This document shows positions 26,080-33,875 of a stretch of 51,822 nucleotides of DNA, in pieces (position 1 is the stretch's first letter; the number at the start of each line of letters is the position of its first letter). A model generated the notes under the pieces. The model worked only from the letters and a program-made list of their open reading frames with translations. It did no database searches and was not told where the DNA came from. Source of the stretch: an uncultured Candidatus Saccharibacteria bacterium. Its GTDB lineage: Bacteria; Patescibacteriota; Minisyncoccia; Phycocordibacterales; UBA12088. Where the stretch lies: the NCBI GenBank assembly GCA_964411375.1, contig CAYPKR010000001.1:304807-356628 (forward strand). Reading direction: 5' to 3'. The position numbers and the translations under genes are program-made.

Positions 26080-26229
26080 AATATTCGTCGATTAGATTTC
26101 TAATTTGATAGAACTGTAGCAGAATCCCTCTGTAGATCCAATGAAGACGAATGGCTAAAAATGTTCCCAAATAAAAAACAAAAAATACGGCACATGCCGT
26201 ATTTTTTGTTTCACCGATTATATTCTGAT

Positions 26230-26667
26230 TTACATCGATCCTCCCATCGTGGATGAGCTCATCGGCATTTTCATCATTCCGTCTTTCATGATGAATCCGA
26301 TCCAAAGTGCTGCAGCGGCAATAACGACGTGGAGAAGATTATCCGCCATATTCATCATCATGCCGAATACCATTCCGCTCATCGCAAAACCCATGACGGC
26401 AACAAGCCCATACACAACTCCGAATGCTTGAAAGTACAGTTTTGCATACTTCTCGCTCATCATGGCGGCAATAAGGGCAACGACGCCAGACGCGATATGC
26501 ACCAAATTATGCATCATATCGACTTCAAAAAGTCCCAGAAGCATTCCATTCAAAGTGATTCCGGGTACAAAACCAAGTACGCCGACAAGCAAAAATACGA
26601 CGGCAAATACCCATGCTAATTTTTGGGCAGACACGTTTTTTATATTTCTAATTAGTAAGTTCTTCAT
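26230..26667 (-). CDS. DUF4383-like membrane protein with Met-rich tail
   Basis: FVPGIT...MHNLVHIASGVVALIAA pattern with four TM helices. The C-terminus is MKDGMMKMPMSSSTMGGSM. Confidence 0.7.
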   Translation of the reverse strand: MKNLLIRNIKNVSAQKLAWVFAVVFLLVGVLGFVPGITLNGMLLGLFEVDMMHNLVHIASGVVALIAAMMSEKYAKLYFQAFGVVYGLVAVMGFAMSGMVFGMMMNMADNLLHVVIAAAALWIGFIMKDGMMKMPMSSSTMGGSM

Positions 26668-26739
26668 GGGCGGACTAGCCCATGAGATTTACCGATAGTA
26701 TAGAACGGAGGAATATGTGTGTCCTCCCGATTATGCACA

Positions 26740-27162
26740 TTATTTTCTTCGCGCTTCCTGCGCCTTTTTAATATTTTTCTTTTGTGCACGGCGCATTGCA
26801 GGAGTCGGCTTATCTTTTTCGGGAACATTCTTCCTTGGATGTGCTTTGAAGATATCCGCTTTCACATGAATGATTTTTCCGCTGATTGATTTGAGGACGC
26901 TTTTTGCTTTTGGCGCAGTGATTATCAAATGTCCATTCGTCACATGCGCATCTTCCTTGCTCACGAGCCATGTCACCGTATCCCAGCTTCCGCTTGATCG
27001 TTTGCCTGCAAGCCGCTCAAGCCCGCCTTTTTGTCCAACATCTTGCATGCGAAATGTTTTGAACTCGCTTTTCGGTCGGATTTCGATCCGATAAAATTTT
27101 CCGTTGCCAGTCGATCCTGGTTTTTTGCGTCGATGTCCTTCCTCTGTATTTTTTGTCGCCAT
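26740..27162 (-). CDS. conserved-looking basic hypothetical protein
   Basis: 140-aa ORF. FYRIEIRPKSEFKTFRMQDVG...GKRSSGSWDTVTWLVSKEDAH resembles an uncharacterised family whose name I cannot recall. Confidence 0.55.
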   Translation of the reverse strand: MATKNTEEGHRRKKPGSTGNGKFYRIEIRPKSEFKTFRMQDVGQKGGLERLAGKRSSGSWDTVTWLVSKEDAHVTNGHLIITAPKAKSVLKSISGKIIHVKADIFKAHPRKNVPEKDKPTPAMRRAQKKNIKKAQEARRK

Positions 27163-27164
27163 AC

Positions 27165-27458
27165 TTATCTATGGTATGACCTCGGCATTTTATTGTCCAT
27201 CCAGTTCCACCACAGCAAGAGTTTCGGATCGTGTTTTTTCTCTGATGCGTAATACACCGCACATCGAAATGTGTAGAGCACGCAGCGATCCATGTGCGCG
27301 CCTGCCTTCTTTTCTAAATCCGCATAGAGTTTTTCTGGATTTTTTCTTTTGAGATCGGAAACGCGCTTGATTCCGAGCGATTCTAAATCCGCCGCGAGGG
27401 ATTTTCCAATTCCTGGAATTTCCTCAAGAGAACTCTTTTTTCTTATCGATTTTTTCAT
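27165..27458 (-). CDS. helix-hairpin-helix protein of the 'pathogenicity locus' (Cdd1-like) family
   Basis: LEEIPGIGKSLAADLESLGI HhH motif, then ...DRCVLYTFRCAVYY...WWNW. Start taken at MKKSIRKK, because the longer track ORF overlaps the upstream gene. Confidence 0.7.
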   Translation of the reverse strand: MKKSIRKKSSLEEIPGIGKSLAADLESLGIKRVSDLKRKNPEKLYADLEKKAGAHMDRCVLYTFRCAVYYASEKKHDPKLLLWWNWMDNKMPRSYHR

Positions 27459-27459
27459 G

Positions 27460-28044
27460 CTAGATGATTGCGCGAAGAAGAATAATGGAACCAAAAAGAA
27501 ATATGCCCCATTCGATGAAATTCGTGACTTTAAGCCAGTATTCAGTTTTTGTAGAAAAAGGATGCAGGTAAATATCGCTAATCCAATTTTCAATACCATA
27601 CTCTCTGGCAACTTCCGGCATTTCCTCAGCGCTCCATGAGTGAATAAATTTTTTCGAAGGTCGTCCGGTTCGGTCGGAAAAGAATTTGTATGAACGAGTA
27701 GAGAAGGGCCATAGCCATTTGATTCCCCAGCCGATCCCAATGGTGTCGTGAAGAAAATGACAGAGAATGCCGAGAAGAAAAATAGTACTGGCGACTTCGC
27801 TCACAAAAAAGTAACTAAATGCAATCGGAATGATATAGAGAATAGGGAAGTGAAGTAATTCTCGGTGTGCTCCGATTACTTTTCCTCCCACTCTGCCTCG
27901 CTCCGCATATTCAACAAGAAAATCGATATCAGGAAGCAGCGCAATAAGTACCGAAAAAAGTACGAGGTATGGCGTTATAGGAATATCAAATATGTAGCCA
28001 ACAAACGTGGCAATGAGAAATCCGATTCCAATATCCGCCTGCAT
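27460..28044 (-). CDS. membrane-bound metal-dependent hydrolase (DUF457/YdjM-like)
   Basis: LLPDIDF, HRELLHFP and CHFLHDTIG motifs in a polytopic protein. Confidence 0.75.
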   Translation of the reverse strand: MQADIGIGFLIATFVGYIFDIPITPYLVLFSVLIALLPDIDFLVEYAERGRVGGKVIGAHRELLHFPILYIIPIAFSYFFVSEVASTIFLLGILCHFLHDTIGIGWGIKWLWPFSTRSYKFFSDRTGRPSKKFIHSWSAEEMPEVAREYGIENWISDIYLHPFSTKTEYWLKVTNFIEWGIFLFGSIILLRAII

Positions 28045-28200
28045 TATTTTAGTCTACGAAAAATTTCCTAAATTGGACAGTATGAAAAATATTCAGAATT
28101 GTGTTTAAAAAATTCATCTCGAATTCAGACATACTTCCGTACAATTGAGCTATCGCCGGAGTGGTCACCGGCTCAATTACCCGAAATTCAATTCTTCCAT

Positions 28201-28338
28201 ATGTTGAACAAAGTATACGAACACAATAGAAACCGATTGATGGACGAAGAGATTCGGAGAGAGATTGTACGAAAGTTGCGTGATTTGGAGCGCCCAAGTC
28301 CGACGCCCATAATCCGTAGCGGTCTCTTTGACGAATGA
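28201..28338 (+). CDS. possible 45-aa charged peptide
   Basis: MLNKVYEHNRNRLMDEEIRREIVRKLRDLERP... is followed by a strong terminator. No family assignment. Confidence 0.3.
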   Translation: MLNKVYEHNRNRLMDEEIRREIVRKLRDLERPSPTPIIRSGLFDE

Positions 28339-28347
28339 TGCGCGGAA

Positions 28348-28399
28348 GGAAATCCCCGATTTTGCGCTTTGTTTCCCGAGCGCAAAATCGGGGATTTCC
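28348..28399. terminator. 20-bp perfect hairpin, bidirectional terminator
   Basis: ggaaatccccgattttgcgc / gcgcaaaatcggggatttcc with a 12-nt loop. Confidence 0.75.
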
Positions 28400-28401
28400 G
28401 T

Positions 28402-29457
28402 TTATAGAGTAGTCTTAAATTCTCCGCCGTTTTCAAGTACTTGAAAATCAACGCCCGCTTCTGTTTGAAGTAATTTTTTGAGGTGTTCCGTAGGTTCGTC
28501 TTGTCCATCGTCCGCGAGTCGAAACGTTCCATGATGCATCGCGATCGATTTTTCAATGTGGAGTTCTTTGTGTATTCGAATCGCTTCGTCTGGTGAGATA
28601 TGAACGGGTGACATCATCCACGGCGGAAGATATGCGCCGATCGGAATAAGTGCAAGACGAAATGACTGATATTTTTCTTTGATCTTTTCGACAAATACTC
28701 CGTACCCAGTATCTCCTGCAAAATAGATGTTTCCATTCGGTGTCTCGATTGTGAACCCCATCCAAAGCGTTTTGTTTCGATCGGCAAATGCGCGCGCTGA
28801 AAAGTGCTGCGCAGGCATTACAACGATTTTCAAATGTTCGTCGATATTTCGCTCGTCCCACCAATCCATATCTTCCGATCCTTGAATTCCGTGTTTTAGA
28901 AGATACGTCCTATTACCAAGTCCGGTAAGAATTAGGGGATGCCATTTCTTTGAAATTCTGCGAAGTGCAGAGAGATCCATATGATCGTAATGGTTGTGAG
29001 AAAGAAGCACCATATCGATCGGCGGCAGATCTTCTAGTTTGATTCCTGGTGCGCGGTATCGCTTCGGTCCAATAAAGGAGAGGGGACTGACTCGAGTCGC
29101 AAATACTGGATCGGTCAAAATATTTTTTCCATACATCTGGATCAAAAAAGTCGAATGATTGATGTACGTTATTTTTATATTGCTTCCTGAAACACGCTCT
29201 ACAATTGTTGGAGTGAAAGTGTTGTTTCGCAATTGCCACGTATTTTTGCGCCGCTCTAGCATCCACTTAAAAACAGATGGATGACCGTTGCTTTTGAATG
29301 TGAGTCGAATGGGCGAGCCGTAGCTTTTGAATCGCTCTCCATCAAAATGATCAGAAACAGGACCCTTGTATCCATCTGACGAAATGTGGCGGAGAAATAG
29401 AAAAACCAAAAGGGATATGACCGCGATGAATAAGATTGTATCAATAAGGATTTCCAT
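28402..29457 (-). CDS. MBL-fold hydrolase (NAPE-PLD-like) with N-terminal TM anchor
   Basis: LLSHNHYDHMD metal-binding motif, plus later GDTGY and HHGTF motifs. Confidence 0.8.
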   Translation of the reverse strand: MEILIDTILFIAVISLLVFLFLRHISSDGYKGPVSDHFDGERFKSYGSPIRLTFKSNGHPSVFKWMLERRKNTWQLRNNTFTPTIVERVSGSNIKITYINHSTFLIQMYGKNILTDPVFATRVSPLSFIGPKRYRAPGIKLEDLPPIDMVLLSHNHYDHMDLSALRRISKKWHPLILTGLGNRTYLLKHGIQGSEDMDWWDERNIDEHLKIVVMPAQHFSARAFADRNKTLWMGFTIETPNGNIYFAGDTGYGVFVEKIKEKYQSFRLALIPIGAYLPPWMMSPVHISPDEAIRIHKELHIEKSIAMHHGTFRLADDGQDEPTEHLKKLLQTEAGVDFQVLENGGEFKTTL

Positions 29458-29504
29458 AATTCTCCGTAGTATATGAAAAATCGGCGAACTTCGCCTTATC
29501 TACA

Positions 29505-29533
29505 AAAGAAAGTGCCCCTCCGGAGAGGGGCAC
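29505..29533 (-). terminator. terminator after the tyrosinase gene
   Basis: gtgcccctc cgga gaggggcac, followed on the minus strand by tttcttttg. Confidence 0.6.
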
Positions 29534-29545
29534 AGGTGGATGCGG

Positions 29546-30859
29546 TCAGCCGCGGACTTCGAGAGTCCGGATATTGCCGATCGCGGTAGTTTGTTTGAAC
29601 GGTAGTTGAGGAACAAAGGTGAGATTGAGGACGGTTGCTGAACCGACCTGATTCGTAATATCGAACACTTGACTGGTCCCGCCGGCGCCGCAGATGTCAC
29701 CGTGCCGGACTGGCGCGATGGACCCTGCAAAATAGGGGCCGTCTGCTTTGGGGGTAACCCCGCTTGGCAGATCGACATAGAGTTCTTCGAACGCACCCGA
29801 TCCATTGCAGGTGATGCCGGAGAGGGTGAGTAGTACCCGCCCACTTCGTGCCGCATGAGTCAGTTTGACCTGAACCGTCGTCTTGTTTGATGGAAGTGCG
29901 AGTCCATTTACGGTCGCGAGCACTTCCGCGGGCTGAAGAATGACTGCCGATTTCGCCATCATGAGCGACATTCGAGCAGCAGGTGCGGCTGGTAATGTTG
30001 GCCACGCTTCATATTTCTGTGCGAAATCTTCTCCCAATATCTGGGATACAGGCTTTTGCACGGAGTTTCCATTCGCATCCCGAAACGCGAACATCTGGTA
30101 CAAGAACGCGTCGGTCGAGGGATATTCGCCGCCGCGGCTTCGCCAGAAGCGAATGAGCATCTGGATCCAGCCGTGGAGGAGATAGAAGAGCGGATCCCGC
30201 GGTGCAACCGCAAGATCTACCATGTCGCCGCCGGTCGCGTTATGAATCGGACCATGTGGCTGTGCCTGAAGTGAGCCCTGGATTGCCCCGGTTTCCCGAA
30301 GCGGCGGCCCAGCAATGCCACCGAGACTTGGGCTTCCATCCGTTGTCGTATATGGAACGACTTGGACAGAGTTTTGCCATTGTACGGCAGAAAGCGGATA
30401 CGCCCCGCCGTTATTGATGGAAGATGCGCGAGTTGGGTGGTAGAGAGCAGAGGTTTTGGTTCGAAACTCGGATGGCAGTATTCGCCCTGACATCTTCGAA
30501 AAGTCGAGATAGGGGAGGGAGAACTGTGGATCGGCCGAGAGGACACGGATGACCTGCTCGAACCACCACAAAAAGCCAGCGTGCCACGGACCAAAATGGT
30601 AACTCCCGTGGACGGCGAGCTCGTTATGGAATCCAACGAAATAGGCCATGCTGTACGGGTCTTCCCATGGCGCACTTGGGTTGCCGGGCCGATTTTTTAT
30701 AGCGGTCCAGCCCTTGATAAAGGAAGCTCGATTCCGCTTACCGTCGGGAGTGGTGCTGGTCCACTCGGTCCGCAAGAAGCTTGCGGCGTTGAGGACGGTG
30801 GGAAGGGCTACCGAAGCAGCACTTGCCAGGAAAAGTTGGAGGGCGTCACGTCGCCTCAT
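29546..30859 (-). CDS. tyrosinase / type-3 copper polyphenol oxidase with Tat-type signal
   Basis: CuA region FHNELAVHGSYHFGPWHAGFLWWFEQ. CuB region PHGPIHNATGGDM...RDPLFYLLHGW. N-terminal MRRRDALQLFLASAASVALP. Start taken at 30859. Confidence 0.85.
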   Translation of the reverse strand: MRRRDALQLFLASAASVALPTVLNAASFLRTEWTSTTPDGKRNRASFIKGWTAIKNRPGNPSAPWEDPYSMAYFVGFHNELAVHGSYHFGPWHAGFLWWFEQVIRVLSADPQFSLPYLDFSKMSGRILPSEFRTKTSALYHPTRASSINNGGAYPLSAVQWQNSVQVVPYTTTDGSPSLGGIAGPPLRETGAIQGSLQAQPHGPIHNATGGDMVDLAVAPRDPLFYLLHGWIQMLIRFWRSRGGEYPSTDAFLYQMFAFRDANGNSVQKPVSQILGEDFAQKYEAWPTLPAAPAARMSLMMAKSAVILQPAEVLATVNGLALPSNKTTVQVKLTHAARSGRVLLTLSGITCNGSGAFEELYVDLPSGVTPKADGPYFAGSIAPVRHGDICGAGGTSQVFDITNQVGSATVLNLTFVPQLPFKQTTAIGNIRTLEVRG

Positions 30860-30962
30860 CTCGAGGTACTCCTGTTGTGTAAAGGTTCGTCTGTACCGGA
30901 CAATACCAGAAGCCGTCTGTAAATACAATGAAAAGGCGTAATTGGGGAGATTCAATCCTTTT

Positions 30963-31004
30963 CAAGGGATTTGAGAACTGTGCATAACTTTCTCAAATCC
31001 CTTG
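30963..31004. repeat. 15-bp perfect inverted repeat
   Basis: caagggatttgagaa (30963-30977) pairs with ttctcaaatcccttg (30990-31004). A T-run follows. Confidence 0.8.
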
Positions 31005-31017
31005 ACTCCTTTTTTGG

Positions 31018-31049
31018 ATATGCTACCTTGTTGCTACAAGGTAGCATAT
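31018..31049. promoter_or_regulatory. 14-bp perfect palindrome, candidate PadR operator
   Basis: atatgctaccttgt tgct acaaggtagcatat ends 8 nt before the padR-like start codon. Confidence 0.5.
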
Positions 31050-31056
31050 AAACAAT

Positions 31057-31380
31057 ATGATCAGTAATGAAAAATCAATGCCGATCAAGAGCGGACTACT
31101 TGAGTTCGTAATCTTGAAAATCATATCGGGTGAGCAAGTATATGTTGCCGATATCATCAAACGACTTTCTGAAACAGAATTCAAAACGCAGGAGGGAACA
31201 TTGTATCCGTTACTTTCACGCCTTCGCCGCGAAGAACTTGTCGAATATGAATGGAAAGAATCAGAAGCCGGACCGCCGCGAAAATATTATCGCCTGACTG
31301 ATAAAGGCACCGAACAATTGAAGGAGATGCAAAATTATTGGAAGGACATTATTCAAACCATTAGCAAATTAGGAAAATAA
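31057..31380 (+). CDS. PadR-family transcriptional regulator
   Basis: LLEFVILKIIS...GTLYPLLSRLRREELVEYEW...RKYYRLTDKG winged-helix signature. Confidence 0.9.
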   Translation: MISNEKSMPIKSGLLEFVILKIISGEQVYVADIIKRLSETEFKTQEGTLYPLLSRLRREELVEYEWKESEAGPPRKYYRLTDKGTEQLKEMQNYWKDIIQTISKLGK

Positions 31381-31381
31381 T

Positions 31382-32287
31382 ATGAACGCAGTAGTAACGG
31401 TAAATTTGGGCAACAATGCCTACCAGCTCGACGAGAGCGCTGCAGCAAAACTGCGGGCATATCTTGCTTCCGCAGAGCGTGCACTCGAAGGCAATCCTGA
31501 CAAGAATGAAATCATTGCTGATCTTGAAAGTGCTATTGGAGAAAAATGTCGCGCATTCCTGAATTCGCACAAAACAGTCGTCGTCGAAGGTGATATCGAA
31601 GAGATTATTACCGAGATGGGTCCGGTCGCTGGAGAAAAGAATGAGGAAGAGAAACAGTCCGATCCAAAAACAACAAACGAATCGAAAGAAGAATCAAAAG
31701 CACCAAAACGATTCTATCGAATTCGCGAAGGATCCATGGTTGCCGGAATATGTACGGGACTCGCGACGTACTTCGATGTCGATGTCACCCTTGTTCGAAT
31801 CGCTTCCGTTGTTCTTATATTTTTGACGAGCGGATTTTGGATTCTCTTCTACATCATTCTTGCGGTAATTACACCTGTAGCAGAAACACCACGTGAGCGC
31901 GCAGCTGCAAGCGGTGTGCCACCATTTACGGCACAAGAGCTCATCAACCAAGCAAAGTCAGGATATGCCAATTTTAAAAATTCAAAAGAATGGCGTGAGT
32001 GGAATCGTACCTTTCGCGAGAATACCAGACAGTGGAAACGTGATATGAAAAATCAGTACAAGATGCATCATAACCGTCGCTGGTACAATCAACCTGAAAC
32101 ACCGAGACATCAACCGACGTGGGCTGATCAGTTGGTCGGAAATATTATCGGACTTATGTGGCTTGCGGTGATCTCATTCGGTCTGTGGTTTGGGTACCAT
32201 CATTCTTCACTTATACATAACGGACTCGATCTCTTGGGCACAGAAATCCAACAGTTCTTCGACTGGCTTGCGATGAAGATAAACTAA
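31382..32287 (+). CDS. PspC-domain membrane protein
   Basis: FYRIREGSMVAGICTGLATYFDVDVTLVRIASVVL is the PspC domain. The gene starts 2 nt after the PadR gene ends. Confidence 0.8.
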   Translation: MNAVVTVNLGNNAYQLDESAAAKLRAYLASAERALEGNPDKNEIIADLESAIGEKCRAFLNSHKTVVVEGDIEEIITEMGPVAGEKNEEEKQSDPKTTNESKEESKAPKRFYRIREGSMVAGICTGLATYFDVDVTLVRIASVVLIFLTSGFWILFYIILAVITPVAETPRERAAASGVPPFTAQELINQAKSGYANFKNSKEWREWNRTFRENTRQWKRDMKNQYKMHHNRRWYNQPETPRHQPTWADQLVGNIIGLMWLAVISFGLWFGYHHSSLIHNGLDLLGTEIQQFFDWLAMKIN

Positions 32288-32297
32288 CACTCATGTT

Positions 32298-32343
32298 AAA
32301 AACAAATCAGCCGCGGGCTTTGCCCGCGGCTGATTTGTTTTTT
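32298..32343. terminator. bidirectional terminator
   Basis: aaacaaatcagccgcgggc / gcccgcggctgatttgttt. Confidence 0.7.
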
Positions 32344-32346
32344 ACT

Positions 32347-32607
32347 CTACTTTCGATGCGCGACAAACAACTGATTGAATTTCAGTCCCAAAATACCAAA
32401 GAGATACACGAGCTCAAGAATTCCTGCGGTATTAACGATTAAGAGAACGATAAACCAAACAGATTCGTTCCTTTGCGCGCTATGCCACAAAGCAAGTCCT
32501 TTCCATAACAAACTCCATATAATAATGAGGAGAAGTCCTGAGCCAAAATACGGCATGCCAGGTCCTCCGATACCGAATCCATATTGGATCGAGTGAAAGT
32601 TCATCAT
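32347..32607 (-). CDS. small two-TM membrane protein (DUF5652-like)
   Basis: LLWKGLALWHSAQRNESVWFIVLLIVNTAGILELVYL pattern. Start at MMNFHS; the longer track ORF runs into the tRNA-Ser gene. Confidence 0.6.
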   Translation of the reverse strand: MMNFHSIQYGFGIGGPGMPYFGSGLLLIIIWSLLWKGLALWHSAQRNESVWFIVLLIVNTAGILELVYLFGILGLKFNQLFVAHRK

Positions 32608-32635
32608 GGGGAAAGTATAGCACTGATGTACATTG

Positions 32636-32722
32636 CGGAGAGGAAGAGATTCGAACTCTTGATACCATTTCTGGTATGCCGGTTTTCGAAACCGGTGCTT
32701 TCGACCACTCAGCCACCTCTCC
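32636..32722 (-). tRNA. tRNA-Ser (anticodon CGA)
   Basis: GGAGAGGTGGCTGAGTGG. Anticodon loop TTCGAAA, long variable arm, T-loop TTCGAAT. Confidence 0.9.
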
Positions 32723-32830
32723 AATATCTATTCTTTTGTAACACAATTTACATCTGAAGAAATGTTGCGCGCCTTTCCTCCTTCCGCCCGTCTTGCAAAA
32801 GCTCGACATGGGCGAATCTGCTACGCAGAT

Positions 32831-32864
32831 CGGATAGAAAGCAAAGCAGTTTGCTTTCTATCCG
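32831..32864. repeat. 15-bp hairpin A, core shared with hairpin B
   Basis: cggatagaaagcaaa gcag tttgctttctatccg. Its 20-nt core is the reverse complement of 33069-33088. Confidence 0.8.
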
Positions 32865-32865
32865 G

Positions 32866-32880
32866 TCAGCCACCTCTCCA
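32866..32880 (-). repeat. 15-nt duplicate of the tRNA-Ser(CGA) 5' end
   Basis: tcagccacctctcca is identical to 32709-32723, in direct orientation, 157 nt away. Confidence 0.85.
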
Positions 32881-32984
32881 CGTTTTTCAGCCAATTGAGG
32901 CTAAAAGTAGCCCGAATATAGCACATTTGAGGGTATTTTCTAAGTACCGAAACTGTGTTACAGTTGCGCGGTCTAAACGACTAT

Positions 32985-33059
32985 GGCCCTATCGTCTAAC
33001 GGTTAGGACAGCGCCCTTTCACGGCGTAAATGGGGGTTCGATTCCCCCTAGGGTCACCA
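32985..33059 (+). tRNA. tRNA-Glu (anticodon TTC), CCA encoded
   Basis: GGCCCTATCGTCTAACGGTTAGGAC. Anticodon loop CTTTCAC, T-loop TTCGATT, ends TAGGGTC A CCA. Confidence 0.92.
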
Positions 33060-33065
33060 AGTAAT

Positions 33066-33091
33066 GAAAAAGCAAACTGCTTTGCTTTTTC
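33066..33091. repeat. 11-bp hairpin B after tRNA-Glu
   Basis: gaaaaagcaaa ctgc tttgctttttc. Confidence 0.8.
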
Positions 33092-33103
33092 GAACATTGG
33101 TGA

Positions 33104-33177
33104 AGCCGGAGGCATGTCGTTCTGCGACAGCCGAGGCGGGGTCGCGGAAATTGTATGTAATAACAATTATCCGTGAC
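33104..33177 (+). repeat. tRNA-trailer two-hairpin element, copy X (downstream of tRNA-Glu)
   Basis: Aligns with the minus strand of 24782-24856. Hairpin 1 is tgtcg/cgaca (33115-33129). Hairpin 2 is at 33141-33177, 13 bp with one bulged A. Confidence 0.7.
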
Positions 33178-33296
33178 ACATGAATAAAATAGAAAAGCCC
33201 CAGTTCTTCCGGGGTCTTTCTATTTTTGGTGTGATTGACCATCGTAATAAAAAAAGAATCACCCTCACGGGGCGATTCATGCATTTGCTCAGTCAA

Positions 33297-33875
33297 TTAT
33301 AATTTCCAATCACCATCGTGATGCTTGAGGGCGGCGATCATTCGCGCGACATTCTTGCCGACAAGTACTTGGTCGGTCATCTGCCATTTTTCATGATCAT
33401 TGTGCTCGCCCACATGCCGGTTGCGGTAAAAGGCAGAGTACGGTGGAATCGTAAGGCCCATATGCAGTAGTGGTCCAATGAGATCCATACAAGTCTTCAT
33501 GCCGCCATCGCTGTTGCAGTTGGTAATGACACCCGCAACTCGGCCTTCCAGCGCGAATGAATATTCAAGCGAGGTCATCCAATCGAGGAAGCACTTCATG
33601 AGCGTACTCATTCCGTACCAATGGACTGGTGTTCCGAAAATAAATCCATCAGCCTGCCGCATTGTGGTAAATACTGAATGCAATCCATGCGGAACGTTTG
33701 TGTATGAACCGTCATGGAACGGCACATTGAAGTCAGCGGCATATATCGCTTCTACGCGAACACTCCGCCCCCCGATCCTTTCCCCCTCTTCCTGCACTGC
33801 CCGAAGAGATTCAGCAAGCATATCGTCAAGCGCGCCTGACTTGGTAGGGGAACCATTTATCCCGATGACATACAT
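33297..33875 (-). CDS. flavodoxin-like fold NAD(P)H-dependent FMN reductase
   Basis: MYVIGINGSPTKSG N-terminus and a GTPVHWYGMS motif. Confidence 0.75.
   Translation of the reverse strand: MYVIGINGSPTKSGALDDMLAESLRAVQEEGERIGGRSVRVEAIYAADFNVPFHDGSYTNVPHGLHSVFTTMRQADGFIFGTPVHWYGMSTLMKCFLDWMTSLEYSFALEGRVAGVITNCNSDGGMKTCMDLIGPLLHMGLTIPPYSAFYRNRHVGEHNDHEKWQMTDQVLVGKNVARMIAALKHHDGDWKL

Noticed and set aside
27459-27740. Long form (191 aa) of the HhH protein ORF 27165..27740
   Set aside because: The extra N-terminal 94 codons overlap the 3' end of the DUF457 hydrolase gene in another frame. The Cdd1-like domain starts at the internal MKKSIRKK.
32760-32882. Second tRNA-Ser gene or tRNA pseudogene starting at the duplicated 5' fragment
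   Set aside because: After the 15-nt match there is no D-arm continuation, no T-arm (no GTTCGA-type loop) and no complementary acceptor 3' strand.
32762-33064. 100-aa + strand ORF
   Set aside because: It runs through tRNA-Glu and the hairpin region and has no coding features.
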